A stretch of DNA of 64,000 bases from Gemmatimonadota bacterium (GTDB taxonomy: Bacteria > Gemmatimonadota > Gemmatimonadetes > Gemmatimonadales > GWC2-71-9). The stretch is from contig JBDHKN010000033.1 in NCBI GenBank assembly GCA_039586365.1, forward strand, positions 14,638 through 78,637, written 5' to 3'. A program made the translations under genes and the position numbers. The notes under the pieces are model-generated. The model worked only from the letters and a program-made list of their open reading frames with translations. It was not told the origin of the DNA and ran no database searches. Every line of letters begins with the position of its first letter. The stretch's first letter is position 1. Shown here in pieces: positions 29,133-39,037 of this stretch.

Positions 29133-29741
29133 ATGACAAGACGGGTGTTGCTGTCCGCGGGGACTCTGACTGCCGCGGGGGCTCTCGTCTTTGTTCTCGG
29201 TGTGCCCCGAGGAGCTGCGCAGGGAAGGCCGCAACAAGCTGGGTTAGCTGATACTGTGTTTGAAGCTCCTGAAATCTCCGACACGGCAGCTCTCGAAGGC
29301 CCTCGCCAACCGATATTCTTCCGCCACGATGTGCACGCCGGACAGTATGAGATCGACTGCCAGTACTGTCACGTGAATATCGAGATAAGTCCCAAGCCTG
29401 GTATTCCGACTCTCACATCGTGCATGAACTGCCACTTGATCGTGGGCAGTGGCATTGCGGAGGTCGATTCGGTCAGGGCCTACTTCAACGAAGGACGAGC
29501 AGTTGAATGGGTTGAGGTACACGTGCTCGCTCAATTCGTGCATTTCCCGCACCACTTGCACGTCAATGCGGAGCAGGATTTCGAAGTCGTCTGCGAGGAC
29601 TGCCACGGGCAGGTGAATCGGATGCCACAGATCTACCAGTTCGCACCGTTGAAGATGGGTTGGTGCTTGGACTGTCACAAACAGAAGGCCGCGGAAACGG
29701 GTAAGCCGGTTTCGACCGATTGTTCGGTGTGCCACTACTAG
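29133..29741 (+). CDS. actA: Alternative complex III pentaheme cytochrome c subunit
   Basis: Five CxxCH motifs (CQYCH, CMNCH, CEDCH, CLDCH, CSVCH) and 'MGWCLDCH'. Confidence 0.9.
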   Translation: MTRRVLLSAGTLTAAGALVFVLGVPRGAAQGRPQQAGLADTVFEAPEISDTAALEGPRQPIFFRHDVHAGQYEIDCQYCHVNIEISPKPGIPTLTSCMNCHLIVGSGIAEVDSVRAYFNEGRAVEWVEVHVLAQFVHFPHHLHVNAEQDFEVVCEDCHGQVNRMPQIYQFAPLKMGWCLDCHKQKAAETGKPVSTDCSVCHY

Positions 29742-29753
29742 AATGGAGCGACT

Positions 29754-32700
29754 TTGTCTGACGGGATGAATCGGAGGCGGTTTCTCAAGGTACTCGGTGT
29801 GACTGGCGGGGGTGCAACCGCCCTCACGGGGTGCTCTACTGATAGGGTCGAGAAGCTCATTCCCTACTTGGTTCCTCCCGAGAACGAGATCCCTGGCCTG
29901 GCTACCTACTACGCCTCTACTTGCCGCGAGTGTCCGGCGGGATGCGGGCTCCATGTCCGAGTTCGCGAAGGCAGGGCGGTAAAGGTCGAGGGCAATCCGA
30001 GCAATCCCATCAATCAAGGCAGGCTCTGCGCGCGTGGCCAGGCCTCGCTACAAGGACTCTACAATCCCGATCGCGTTCGGGGCCCTATGGCCCGCGTGGC
30101 AGGTGGTGGTTTCGAGCCGATCTCGTGGGAAGCTGCACTGACACGGATCGCCGAGCAGCTTGCCACGTTGCCCAGCGATGAGGTGTGGTTTGTCACCGGA
30201 CAAGAGGCTGGTTCTTTTGATGCGCTGGTCTCGGAGTGGTTGGATGCGATCGGCAGCAGCCATCGAGTCGTGCACGAGCCGTTCGCGTACGAGGCTTTGC
30301 GACAGGCCAACCGGACAGTCTTCGAGCTCGATTCCATTCCACAGTATGACTTTGCTGCGGCGCGCTACCTGGTGTCGTTTGGGGCTGACTTCTTGGAGAC
30401 GTGGCTGAGCCCCGTGGAGCAGAGTCTGCTATCAAGGTGGTGAGATGGGCCGCTACGTGCATATCGAGCCCCGGATGAGCATGACGGCGATGAGTGCCGA
30501 CGAGTGGATCGCCCCGGTTCCTGGCACCGAGGGCTTGCTGGCTCTGGCCATGGCACACGTGATCGTGCGAGATCAGCTCGCCGACGTGCCGACCGATGCT
30601 TCGCGAGTCGGCTCTGTTTGGGCAGAGCATACGCCCGCTGCCGTGTCCGCCCAAACGGGCGTGGCGGCCGACGTCATAGAGCGTTTGGCCCGCGAGTTCA
30701 CCCAGCATGCGAGCTTGGCTGTTGCCGGAGGTGTCGGCACCCAGCATGCTGGTGCCGACTCCACCGCAGCTGCCGTGAACTTGCTGAACTACGTCGCCGG
30801 GAACGTTGGTCGCACGGTGGCGTTCCATGCCGCTCAGAGTTCAGCTACCCAGGGAGGCTACTCAGGCACCGTAGACTTAGTGGAGGCCATGAGATCGGGT
30901 CGGGTTGGCGCATTGTTCATCCACGGCGCCAATCCAGTCCACACGTCACCCGCGGGACTGGGGCTCACGACAGCACTGGCGAATGTGGTGTTGAAGGTGA
31001 GTTTTGCCAGGTTCTTCGACGAGACGGCAGTGGAGGCTGATCTCGTGCTGCCGGATCACGATCCGCTCGAGCAGTGGAATGATTTCGAGGCGCGCCCCGG
31101 GGTGCACACGTTGCAGCAGCCGGCCATGCGTCCCGTGTTCGACACGCGGCAGACGGGAGACGTGCTGCTATCGCTGGCTCGGCAGCTGGACGAGCGAGTG
31201 ACCGGGACGTTAGCTGCCAACGACTACAAAGAGTATGTGGCGGGTAGGTGGCAGGCGCTGCAGCGTCGAATCCGTGACCAACGTCCCTTTGAGGCGTTCT
31301 GGAACGAGGCGCTGCAACGGGGTGGGATTTGGGTCGCTGAACCGACTCGACAGGTGCGGTTGGCTGCGAGCGCTGGCAGTGTGAGGGCTGACGCCTGGTC
31401 GGCCCCTGCGGGTGATCAGCTCACCCTAATAGCCTATCCGTCGCCCGCGCTCTTTGACGGGCGCGGCGCCAACAGGCCGTGGCTGCAAGAGCTGCCCGAC
31501 CCGGTGACCAAGGTCGCTTGGAGCAGCTGGATCGAGATCAATCCCGCGACCGCAAGCCGGCTCGGAATTGCTGAGGGTGAGTTCATTGAGGTCACATCCG
31601 AGCACGGATCCGTCACTGTGCCGGCCTACCCCTATCCAGGTATCCGCGAGGATACCGTGGCGATTCCAATTGGACAGGGGCATGCTGCGTTTGGTCGTTA
31701 CGCTGAGAACCGCGGCGTAAATGTGTACGGTCTGTTGCCTGCTAGCGCCACAGGATTCGGTGCGGTTGAGCACTATGTTGCGGTGACGCTACGGAACACG
31801 AAGGACTACGAGCGGATAGCCAAAACGGAAGGCAACAGCCGGCAGATGGGTCGTGGCATCGCTCAGGCAACGACACTGCAGGCACTCGCCCATCCGGAGG
31901 AGCATCAGGAGGAACACGGTGATCACGCTGCACCGGTCCCGGACCACATCGAGGAGATAATCGACGAGTGGCAGGAGGACCAATACCGCGAGTGGATGCA
32001 GCGCGGTAATTATGCGCGTGAAGACCTACCGCGTTGGGCGATGGCCGTTGATCTATCCAAGTGCACAGGGTGCAGCGCCTGTGTAACGGCGTGCTACGCC
32101 GAGAACAACATCCCGACCGTGGGGCCGGATCTGATCCGTCGCGGCCGAGAGATGTCGTGGATACGCATAGAGCGATACTTCGAGGATGGTGCACACGGCG
32201 AGATCGAGTCGCGCTTCCTCCCGATGATCTGTCAGCACTGCACTAATGCGCCTTGTGAACCGGTCTGCCCGGTGTTTGCTGCATATCACACGCCGGACGG
32301 GCTCAACGCACAGGTCTACAACCGTTGTGTGGGCACCAGATATTGCTCTAACAACTGCCCTTACAAAGTGCGCTACTTCAACTGGTTCGATCATCAAAAC
32401 GAGGCTGATGCGGCGTATGCGTGGCCCGATCCGTTGCACTGGCTGCTGAACCCGGATGTGACTGTCAGGGTCAAGGGTGTGATGGAGAAGTGCACCTTCT
32501 GTGTGCAGCGCATTCGAGACAAACAGCATCAATCGAAGCTGAGTGGTGATCCGCTGGTGGACGGCGATGTGGTGACTGCATGTCAGCAGACGTGCCCCGC
32601 CGATGCAATCGTGTTCGGCGACATCAATGACCCCGCTTCGAGGATCAGTCAGCTTGCCGGAGACAATCGGGGGTACCACGTGCTCGAGGGTCTCAACACT

Positions 32701-32757
32701 AGGCCAGCAGTAACGTATCTGAAGAAGGTGCGGAACGTAGCGGAGGGAGAGGCCTAG
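29754..32757 (+). pseudogene. actB: Alternative complex III ActB (Tat-exported molybdopterin-oxidoreductase-like + Fe-S domain), frameshifted near 30426
   Basis: Tat motif NRRRFLK and CRECPAGC..LC. The frame changes between 'SPVEQS' and 'YQGGEMGRY'. C-terminal ferredoxin motifs CTGCSACVTAC, CQHCTNAPC, CVGTRYCSNNCP, KCTFC. Confidence 0.88.
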
Positions 32758-34107
32758 ATGGCGACGATCGTGCAGCCGCTGCAAGAGAAGTTGCCTACTT
32801 ACAACGAGGTGACGCGCGATGTCGCGGCGACGCTCGGTCGTCCCAAGAGGGGCTACTATGTCCTGCTCGGGATCGTGTTGGTTGTTCTGGTGTTCGGCTT
32901 CAGCGCGCTCCTCTATCAGATCAGGCTGGGTCTCGGTGTTGCCGGATATACCCCGCCGGTGTTGTGGGGTGTATACATCACGACGTTCGTGTTCTGGGTC
33001 GGGATTGCGCACTCCGGTACGCTCATCTCGGCGATCCTATATCTGTTCAGGTCGACCTGGCGTACTTCGGTCTACCGTACCGCCGAGGCGATGACGGTCT
33101 TCGCCGTGATGACAGCGGGGTTGTTCCCGCTGATTCACGTCGGACGGATCTGGTATGCCTACTGGCTATTCCCCTATCCGAACCAGCGTCAGCTCTGGGT
33201 CAACTTCAAATCACCGCTGGTGTGGGACGTTTTCGCCGTGTCGACATATTTCACGGTGAGCACGGCGTTCCTGATTGTGGGGTTGATTCCCGACCTCGCT
33301 GCGATACGCGACCTGTCCACCGGCTGGCGCAAGAAGCTGTATCGCATAACGGCTCTGAGTTGGCAGGGGACCGACCAGCAGTGGCGTCACTATACGCGAG
33401 CCTATCTCTACCTGGCGGCTCTGGCGACACCCCTCGTTCTCTCGGTGCACAGCGTGGTGTCTTGGGACTTCGCGATGTCGATAGTCCCAGGTTGGCATGC
33501 CACCATCTTCGCACCGTATTTCGTGGCCGGCGCGATCTACTCCGGTGTGGCGATGGTGGTGACCCTGCTGGTACCGCTCCGCAAGATCTTCAAGGTCGAA
33601 CGCTACATCACGGCGCGCCATTTCGACAACCTGGCCAAACTGCTGCTGCTGACGGGGCTGATTGTTGGCTACGCCTATGGCGTTGAGTACTTCATGGCTT
33701 GGTATAGTGGCAATCAGTTCGAGCGGGCTTCCTTCTGGAATCGGGCGTTTGGCGAATACTGGTGGGCGACCTGGACAATGATCCTGTGCAACGGGGTGTT
33801 GCCAGTGTTCCTGTTCTTCAAGAAGATCAGGCGCAGCATTCCAGCCCTGTTCGTGCTTTCGCTGTTTGTTAATCTCGGCATGTGGTTTGAGCGTTTCGTG
33901 ATCATCGTTGTGTCGTTGTCGTTCGAGTACGAACCATACGCCATGGGTCACTACACGCCGTCTTGGGTCGAGTGGGCGATCCTCCTGGGCAGTTTTGCCT
34001 GGTTCTTCATGTGGTTCTTGCTGTTCGCCAAGAACTTCCCGACGGTTTCCATCACCGAGGTGAAGGAGATCACCCCAATGCCACGGAAGAGACCGGTGCA
34101 AGCATGA
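32758..34107 (+). CDS. actC: Alternative complex III NrfD-like quinol-binding subunit
   Basis: 'WGVYITTFVFWVGIAHSGTLISAIL', 'SPLVWD', 'VHSVVSWDF', 'GMWFERF'. Confidence 0.95.
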   Translation: MATIVQPLQEKLPTYNEVTRDVAATLGRPKRGYYVLLGIVLVVLVFGFSALLYQIRLGLGVAGYTPPVLWGVYITTFVFWVGIAHSGTLISAILYLFRSTWRTSVYRTAEAMTVFAVMTAGLFPLIHVGRIWYAYWLFPYPNQRQLWVNFKSPLVWDVFAVSTYFTVSTAFLIVGLIPDLAAIRDLSTGWRKKLYRITALSWQGTDQQWRHYTRAYLYLAALATPLVLSVHSVVSWDFAMSIVPGWHATIFAPYFVAGAIYSGVAMVVTLLVPLRKIFKVERYITARHFDNLAKLLLLTGLIVGYAYGVEYFMAWYSGNQFERASFWNRAFGEYWWATWTMILCNGVLPVFLFFKKIRRSIPALFVLSLFVNLGMWFERFVIIVVSLSFEYEPYAMGHYTPSWVEWAILLGSFAWFFMWFLLFAKNFPTVSITEVKEITPMPRKRPVQA

Positions 34108-34619
34108 AGAAGAAACGGCACCCGAGTGGCGTGATTGGAGCCTTCTACCAGGTCGACGCAGCCTGCGACGCGATCAAGGAGATCAAGCAACAGGGCTACG
34201 AGGACTACATCGTCTATACACCGGTGCCGAACGTCGAGGTGGCTGCGGCTGTGGGCCACAAGGTGAGCCCGGTCCGACGTTGGACACTGGTCGGCGGTCT
34301 CATCGGTGTCACCACCGGCTTCGCTATGACGCTCTGGATGTCGTATGACTATCCGCTCGTTGTGGGAGGCAAACCACTCGGGTCCGTCGTGCCTTACGTG
34401 GTGATCGCGTTCGAGCTGACTATTCTGTTCGGTGCTTTGGCCACCCTGTTGGCAGTGGCGTACTACGCCTGGAAGACTTTTCAGCACGGTCCGCACGAGC
34501 CGCGCTTCACCAACGACACAATTGGCATCTTTGTGCCCTGTCCGGTCGAGGGCCGTCAGGCTGTGCAAGATCTGTTGTTGAGAAACGGGGCGGAGGAGGT
34601 GCGCGTTGAAGAAGTCTAG
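34104..34619 (+). CDS. actD: Alternative complex III subunit D (DUF3341)
   Basis: 'YTPVP', 'YPLVVGGKP', 'FELTILFG'. ATGA overlap with actC. Confidence 0.9.
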   Translation: MKKKRHPSGVIGAFYQVDAACDAIKEIKQQGYEDYIVYTPVPNVEVAAAVGHKVSPVRRWTLVGGLIGVTTGFAMTLWMSYDYPLVVGGKPLGSVVPYVVIAFELTILFGALATLLAVAYYAWKTFQHGPHEPRFTNDTIGIFVPCPVEGRQAVQDLLLRNGAEEVRVEEV

Positions 34620-35151
34620 CCTGGTGGGCGCTGGGCTGGTGCTCGTCTTGACGGGCTGCTCGAGGGAGGCTTGGCAACGAGCGCCCGGACCCGACGATCT
34701 TGTGGCATTGGTTCCCTGGTTTGCGGTGATGCGTACAGGCCCGGCGATCCATCCGTTCAAGATGATGCGGGAGCCGGCCGAGGGATCGGTTCCAATAGAT
34801 GGTGTTGAACCTTCGTTGGCCGTGATACCGGCGAACTTCGACGCTATCGATCGGCTGCGGAACCCCACTCAGCGGACCGCCGAGTCGTTGGAAACGGGCA
34901 GGAAGTACTATGACGTTTTCTGTTTGCCGTGCCACGGCGAAGCCGGTGCCGGAGACGGTCCAGTCAATGCCAAGCTGTTCATCGCTCCGAGCTTGCTGAC
35001 GGACCGAGCCGATGGCCTGAGTGATGGCATGATCTACAGCATTATCCGTAACGGACGCGGTGCCATGCGTTCATATGGTGAAGGAGTGCGGGGTATCGAT
35101 CGCTGGCATGTGGTCAACTACGTGCGTCAGCTGCAAGGAGCTGCGCAGTGA
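34606..35151 (+). CDS. actE: Alternative complex III monoheme cytochrome c lipoprotein
   Basis: Lipobox LTGC, CLPCH, 'GAMRSYG', 'DRWHVVNYVRQL'. Confidence 0.9.
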   Translation: MKKSSLVGAGLVLVLTGCSREAWQRAPGPDDLVALVPWFAVMRTGPAIHPFKMMREPAEGSVPIDGVEPSLAVIPANFDAIDRLRNPTQRTAESLETGRKYYDVFCLPCHGEAGAGDGPVNAKLFIAPSLLTDRADGLSDGMIYSIIRNGRGAMRSYGEGVRGIDRWHVVNYVRQLQGAAQ

Positions 35152-36401
35152 GCGGTGAGAAGCTGCTGGACGTCTATAAACGGGGACTGAACGTACCGAC
35201 GCAGGCGTTTGTACTTGGGGGTGCCGGATTGGCGGTGTTGGGGTTCGCCTGGTTCAGCGTGCTATTGCTGGGTGACGATCCCGGACGGGCCTGGCGTACA
35301 TTCCACATCAACTTCCTGTTCTTCACCGGCTCTTCGATGGGGGCCATCATCTTCGTGGCCGCGCAGAAGATAGCGAAGGGCCACTGGTCCGGGCCGATCG
35401 TGCGTTTCGCCGAGGCCACTGTCGCTTTCCTGCCGGTATCGTTGGTGTTGTTTTTCGTCCTCTTCCTGGGTCGGAACCATCTGTTCCCCTGGATCGAGCA
35501 TCCCACTCCGGCCCGCGGCAACTGGCTCACGGTACCGTGGGTGTTTTGGCGTGACTTGGTTGCCCTCATTGCCTTGTTCACCGCTGCAATCGTATTCGTC
35601 TACAACGACATGAAGCCGGACGTCGCCCAACTCAAAGAGCACGTCACCGGTTGGAGGCGCAGACTATTCGAGCGCATTGCCGGAGACTATGATGGAACGC
35701 CTGAAGCGCTGGCGCGGGTTGAGCACCGAATCCACTGGCTCGCTCCGGTGCTCTGTCTACTGTACGCGTACATGTTCAGCTTGATAGGATTCGATCTGAT
35801 CATGTCACTCGCTCCGTATTGGTTGAGTAACCTGTTCGGGACCTTCTTCTTCGTGGGCGCGTTCCTGACCGGGCTCACGATGCTTGCGATGATGATGGTC
35901 TATTGGCGCAAGCGGCTCCACCTGGAGGAAGTGATCGACGTTCACGACTTTCACGATTTGGGCAAGCTGATCTTCGGGTTTTCAGTCTTCTGGGCCTATC
36001 TGATGTTCAGCCAGTTCCTGGTGATCTGGTACGGCAATCTCCCGGAAGAGACGTCGTTCCCGTTCTACCGGTTCTGGGGTGAGTGGCGACCGATAGCGAT
36101 TACCGTCGGGCTCATGGTGTTCCTGATTCCATTCTGGGGTCTTATCTGGGTGAAGTCGAAGATCACGCCGTTCACGTTCACCCTGTTTGCGGCAATCAGC
36201 TTCGCCGGTGTATGGCTCGAGCGATACCTGCTGGTGCAACCATCCCTCACCGAGCAGGGACCGACGTTGGGACTGCCAGAATTCGGCATTACGCTGGGGT
36301 TCGTGGGACTGTTCTTGTTTGCTTACGGAACGTTTGCCAAGACCTTCCCCATGTTGAGTCCGAGGTTGACCGACAAAGCGATGGTGATAACGCACCACTA
36401 G
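35148..36401 (+). CDS. actF: Alternative complex III membrane subunit F
   Basis: 'DLIMSLAPYWLS', 'HDLGKL', 'FSQFLVIWYGNLPEE'. Confidence 0.93.
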   Translation: MSGEKLLDVYKRGLNVPTQAFVLGGAGLAVLGFAWFSVLLLGDDPGRAWRTFHINFLFFTGSSMGAIIFVAAQKIAKGHWSGPIVRFAEATVAFLPVSLVLFFVLFLGRNHLFPWIEHPTPARGNWLTVPWVFWRDLVALIALFTAAIVFVYNDMKPDVAQLKEHVTGWRRRLFERIAGDYDGTPEALARVEHRIHWLAPVLCLLYAYMFSLIGFDLIMSLAPYWLSNLFGTFFFVGAFLTGLTMLAMMMVYWRKRLHLEEVIDVHDFHDLGKLIFGFSVFWAYLMFSQFLVIWYGNLPEETSFPFYRFWGEWRPIAITVGLMVFLIPFWGLIWVKSKITPFTFTLFAAISFAGVWLERYLLVQPSLTEQGPTLGLPEFGITLGFVGLFLFAYGTFAKTFPMLSPRLTDKAMVITHH

Positions 36402-36440
36402 GAGCGTGGTATCCCTCTACCAGCGCTGCCGCCACTGTCT

Positions 36441-36480
36441 CCCACCGTCCTTCACCGTCTTTCACCATCCCCTACCGCCG
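36441..36480 (+). repeat. Degenerate tandem decamer repeat (YYYACCRYCY) x4
   Basis: CCCACCGTCC TTCACCGTCT TTCACCATCC CCTACCGCCG, downstream of actF. Confidence 0.6.
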
Positions 36481-36566
36481 CTACCAGCCTTTCATAGATT
36501 TCTCCGTCCATCGAGGAGTACAAATGGTCGAGACCCTGCTTCATAACAGCTGATAACTGCTTCACC

Positions 36567-37658
36567 ATGGATGATCGCGCTTCGATCTGGCTAGCTGCTC
36601 GCGAACTTGCGGAACAGGGTATCACAGCCGCCTTGGCAACCGTTTCTCGCCGTAGGGGCTCTCTACCGATGGCCAGTGACGCAAAGATGTTGATCGCGGC
36701 AGACGACCGGCAGTGGGGCACGATTGGGGGCGGCTGTGTTGAGGCGGACGTCATCGGTCAAGCGCTCGCTGTGGCAGAGCGAGGCCAGCCTGTAGTGGTC
36801 AGTCATACACTAAACGCGGATGTCGCTGGTGACATTGGACTCTCCTGCGGTGGGACTGCTGATTTCTTTCTGGAGCCAGTCGTCAGCTCGGAAGAGATGG
36901 CGCGACTGTACGGGGTAGTAGCCGACGCTATCAGCAACCGGCGGCCAACTACGGTCACAACGGCCTTGGACTGGAGCGGCGGGCCCCGCAAAGTCGTCGT
37001 GATCGAGTCAGAGCGGCGGGATGGTGCTGTATTCCCTGCTGAACTCTCGCCGGAGCCTCGTGAGGAGCGCTGGGTTGAGGCTGTCGGCAGCCTGTCAGCG
37101 TTCCCAGAACCGGCTGACTCGGCAGCAAGCCAGGCACCAGTGTACTTCGACGAGGCGGCTGGGCTTCTCGTCGAGCAGTTGCCGCGGATGCCGCGTGTGG
37201 TCGTCTTTGGCGCCGGCCACGTCGGTGTCGAGATAGCGAAGATTGCGAGGGGCGTTGGCTTCTATGTAGTGGTGATCGATGACCGGGCGGATTTCGCTAA
37301 CCGGGAACACGTGCCCTGGGCGCATGAAGTCATTGCTGAGGATTTCCGCACTGTGCTCGATCGACTCAGGTTCGATGCAGACGATTGCGTGCTTGCCACG
37401 ACACGAGGCCACAGTTTCGATGCCTACATAGTCGAGCGCACTGCAGGGTCTCCTGCTCGCTATATCGGGATGCTGGGCAGTCGGCGCAAGCAAGCGGTGA
37501 TCCTGCGAGCACTCGAGAAAGCCGGGGTTCCCCCCGAGGACTTGAGGCGTGTGAAGACCCCGATCGGGCTCGACATCGGTGCGGATACTCCTGCTGAAAT
37601 CGCAGTCTCGGTGGTGGCAGAGTTGATCAGGGTTAGACGGTTGGGAGAAGTCAGGTAG
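36567..37658 (+). CDS. xdhC: XdhC/CoxI family molybdenum-cofactor chaperone
   Basis: 'GTIGGGCVE', 'GLSCGG', 'FGAGHV', 'YIGMLGSRRK', 'PIGLDIGADTPAEIAVS'. Confidence 0.92.
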   Translation: MDDRASIWLAARELAEQGITAALATVSRRRGSLPMASDAKMLIAADDRQWGTIGGGCVEADVIGQALAVAERGQPVVVSHTLNADVAGDIGLSCGGTADFFLEPVVSSEEMARLYGVVADAISNRRPTTVTTALDWSGGPRKVVVIESERRDGAVFPAELSPEPREERWVEAVGSLSAFPEPADSAASQAPVYFDEAAGLLVEQLPRMPRVVVFGAGHVGVEIAKIARGVGFYVVVIDDRADFANREHVPWAHEVIAEDFRTVLDRLRFDADDCVLATTRGHSFDAYIVERTAGSPARYIGMLGSRRKQAVILRALEKAGVPPEDLRRVKTPIGLDIGADTPAEIAVSVVAELIRVRRLGEVR

Positions 37659-37878
37659 GGAGGGACTGCACGGTTCCCCGGCTACCCCCCGCTGCAGTAG
37701 TTCTCCAGCTCCCAGCGGGCAACATGAAGAAAGAAGCTGTTACCCAATCCGTTCCATTCGGGAACGTCCATGCGGCGCCGGCCCCTTGGTGCATGAGCTC
37801 CGGAGGACCTCTCGCCTGCCACCAGTGGTATTAACTGTGTTCACCTGAAAAGGAGAAACCTTCATCGAGGCTTGAGCA

Positions 37879-38721
37879 ATGTCTGCGTCAAACGAAGTCG
37901 GTTCCATTGGTCCCCGCCACGGGTGTGTCAAGGGATCCCGTGCGAAATCCCGTGCGCCCCGCGTGGCAATCCTTCTCATCGCAGCTCTGTCGTTCTCCTG
38001 TGGTCATCCCGAACGTGTCGGCCCCGAGGTAGGTTCTCCGCCTCAGTTAGTGTGGAGTCCGCCACTCGCGTATCCTCCCGAGATGTTCGAGGCAGGAATC
38101 GAAGGGTCCGTAGTGCTTCAGGCACTGGTCGACAGCACAGGTCGGGTGGAACCCTCCTCAATCGAGGTTGTGAGGTCTACCCGCCACGCGTTTGAAAGGC
38201 CGGCGACGGAAATGTTGCGCAACAGCCGGTTCCAGCCCGGTAGCAGCGGGGGTCGCCCGCTGCGGACTCAAGTGCGGGTACCGATCGTCTTTGACATCCA
38301 GCGCGAAGGCTCGATTGCGGAATCTGACAGCTCCGCGGCCGCCGAGTTGGCATCCCAAGGCGAGCGACTGGTACGCGATGGCAACATCGACGAAGCGCTA
38401 TCCGCCTATGCGGAAGCGCAGGGACTCGATTCGAGGCTGAACGGCTCAGTCGGGTTCTGGTACGGGCTCTGTTGGCACGGGAGTCTGTGGGGGTACGCCG
38501 CTGACGTGATCTTCGCCTGTGATCAAGCGGTGGCGCTCGCGCCCAAGGAGGCCCGCACGCGCTATGCTCGGGGTGTAGCGCGGGCGCTGACGGCGGACTA
38601 CGCAGGAGCAATTGAGGATCTGGAGGCTTCAGCAGCCGGACCGGCGGCTGCGGAGGATCGCGCGCAGTGGCTAGCCTGGGTCGTGACGTTGCGTTCAGGA
38701 AGCAACCCGTTCACCCCTTAG
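37879..38721 (+). CDS. TonB C-terminal domain + TPR lipoprotein
   Basis: Lipobox-like LSFSC, TonB-C 'YPPEMFEAGIEGSVVLQALVDSTGRV...F.PG...VPIVF', and TPR helices. The start may be GTG 37963. The frame continues past TAG to TAA 38751. Confidence 0.8.
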   Translation: MSASNEVGSIGPRHGCVKGSRAKSRAPRVAILLIAALSFSCGHPERVGPEVGSPPQLVWSPPLAYPPEMFEAGIEGSVVLQALVDSTGRVEPSSIEVVRSTRHAFERPATEMLRNSRFQPGSSGGRPLRTQVRVPIVFDIQREGSIAESDSSAAAELASQGERLVRDGNIDEALSAYAEAQGLDSRLNGSVGFWYGLCWHGSLWGYAADVIFACDQAVALAPKEARTRYARGVARALTADYAGAIEDLEASAAGPAAAEDRAQWLAWVVTLRSGSNPFTP

Positions 38722-39037
38722 CTGCTGGCACAGCTGCGCGGTCAGCGCTAAGTCGGCTGACGGTCACTATGTAGTCGGGCCGCGGTTCAGGTTCCTCGGC
38801 GGAGGAATCGGTCGTGCCTGATCTGCGCGGCTGGGAGCCGCGGCCCGGACAGTTTCGTGCGACCCTTGTCGTATTTGGACCTGTGCGGCTGGAGACCGCG
38901 TAGACTTCGGCTCTCATCCCAGTCCCGAACCATCCCCTAGCCCATACAGTTTCCGATCTCTACCTTAGACGCCGGCTAATCGCGGAGCCAGAGACGTGCA
39001 TGCAGCGCTGAACCGCATCGGATACTGCCGCTAGAGC

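Noticed and set aside
37724..37834. 36-aa small ORF MKKEAVTQ...CHQWY as a possible RiPP precursor or leader peptide
   Set aside because: No RBS and no modifying enzymes nearby; compatible with chance.
38711..38917. 68-aa minus-strand ORF
   Set aside because: No recognisable motif, a weak RBS, and it overlaps the probable true end of the TPR gene.
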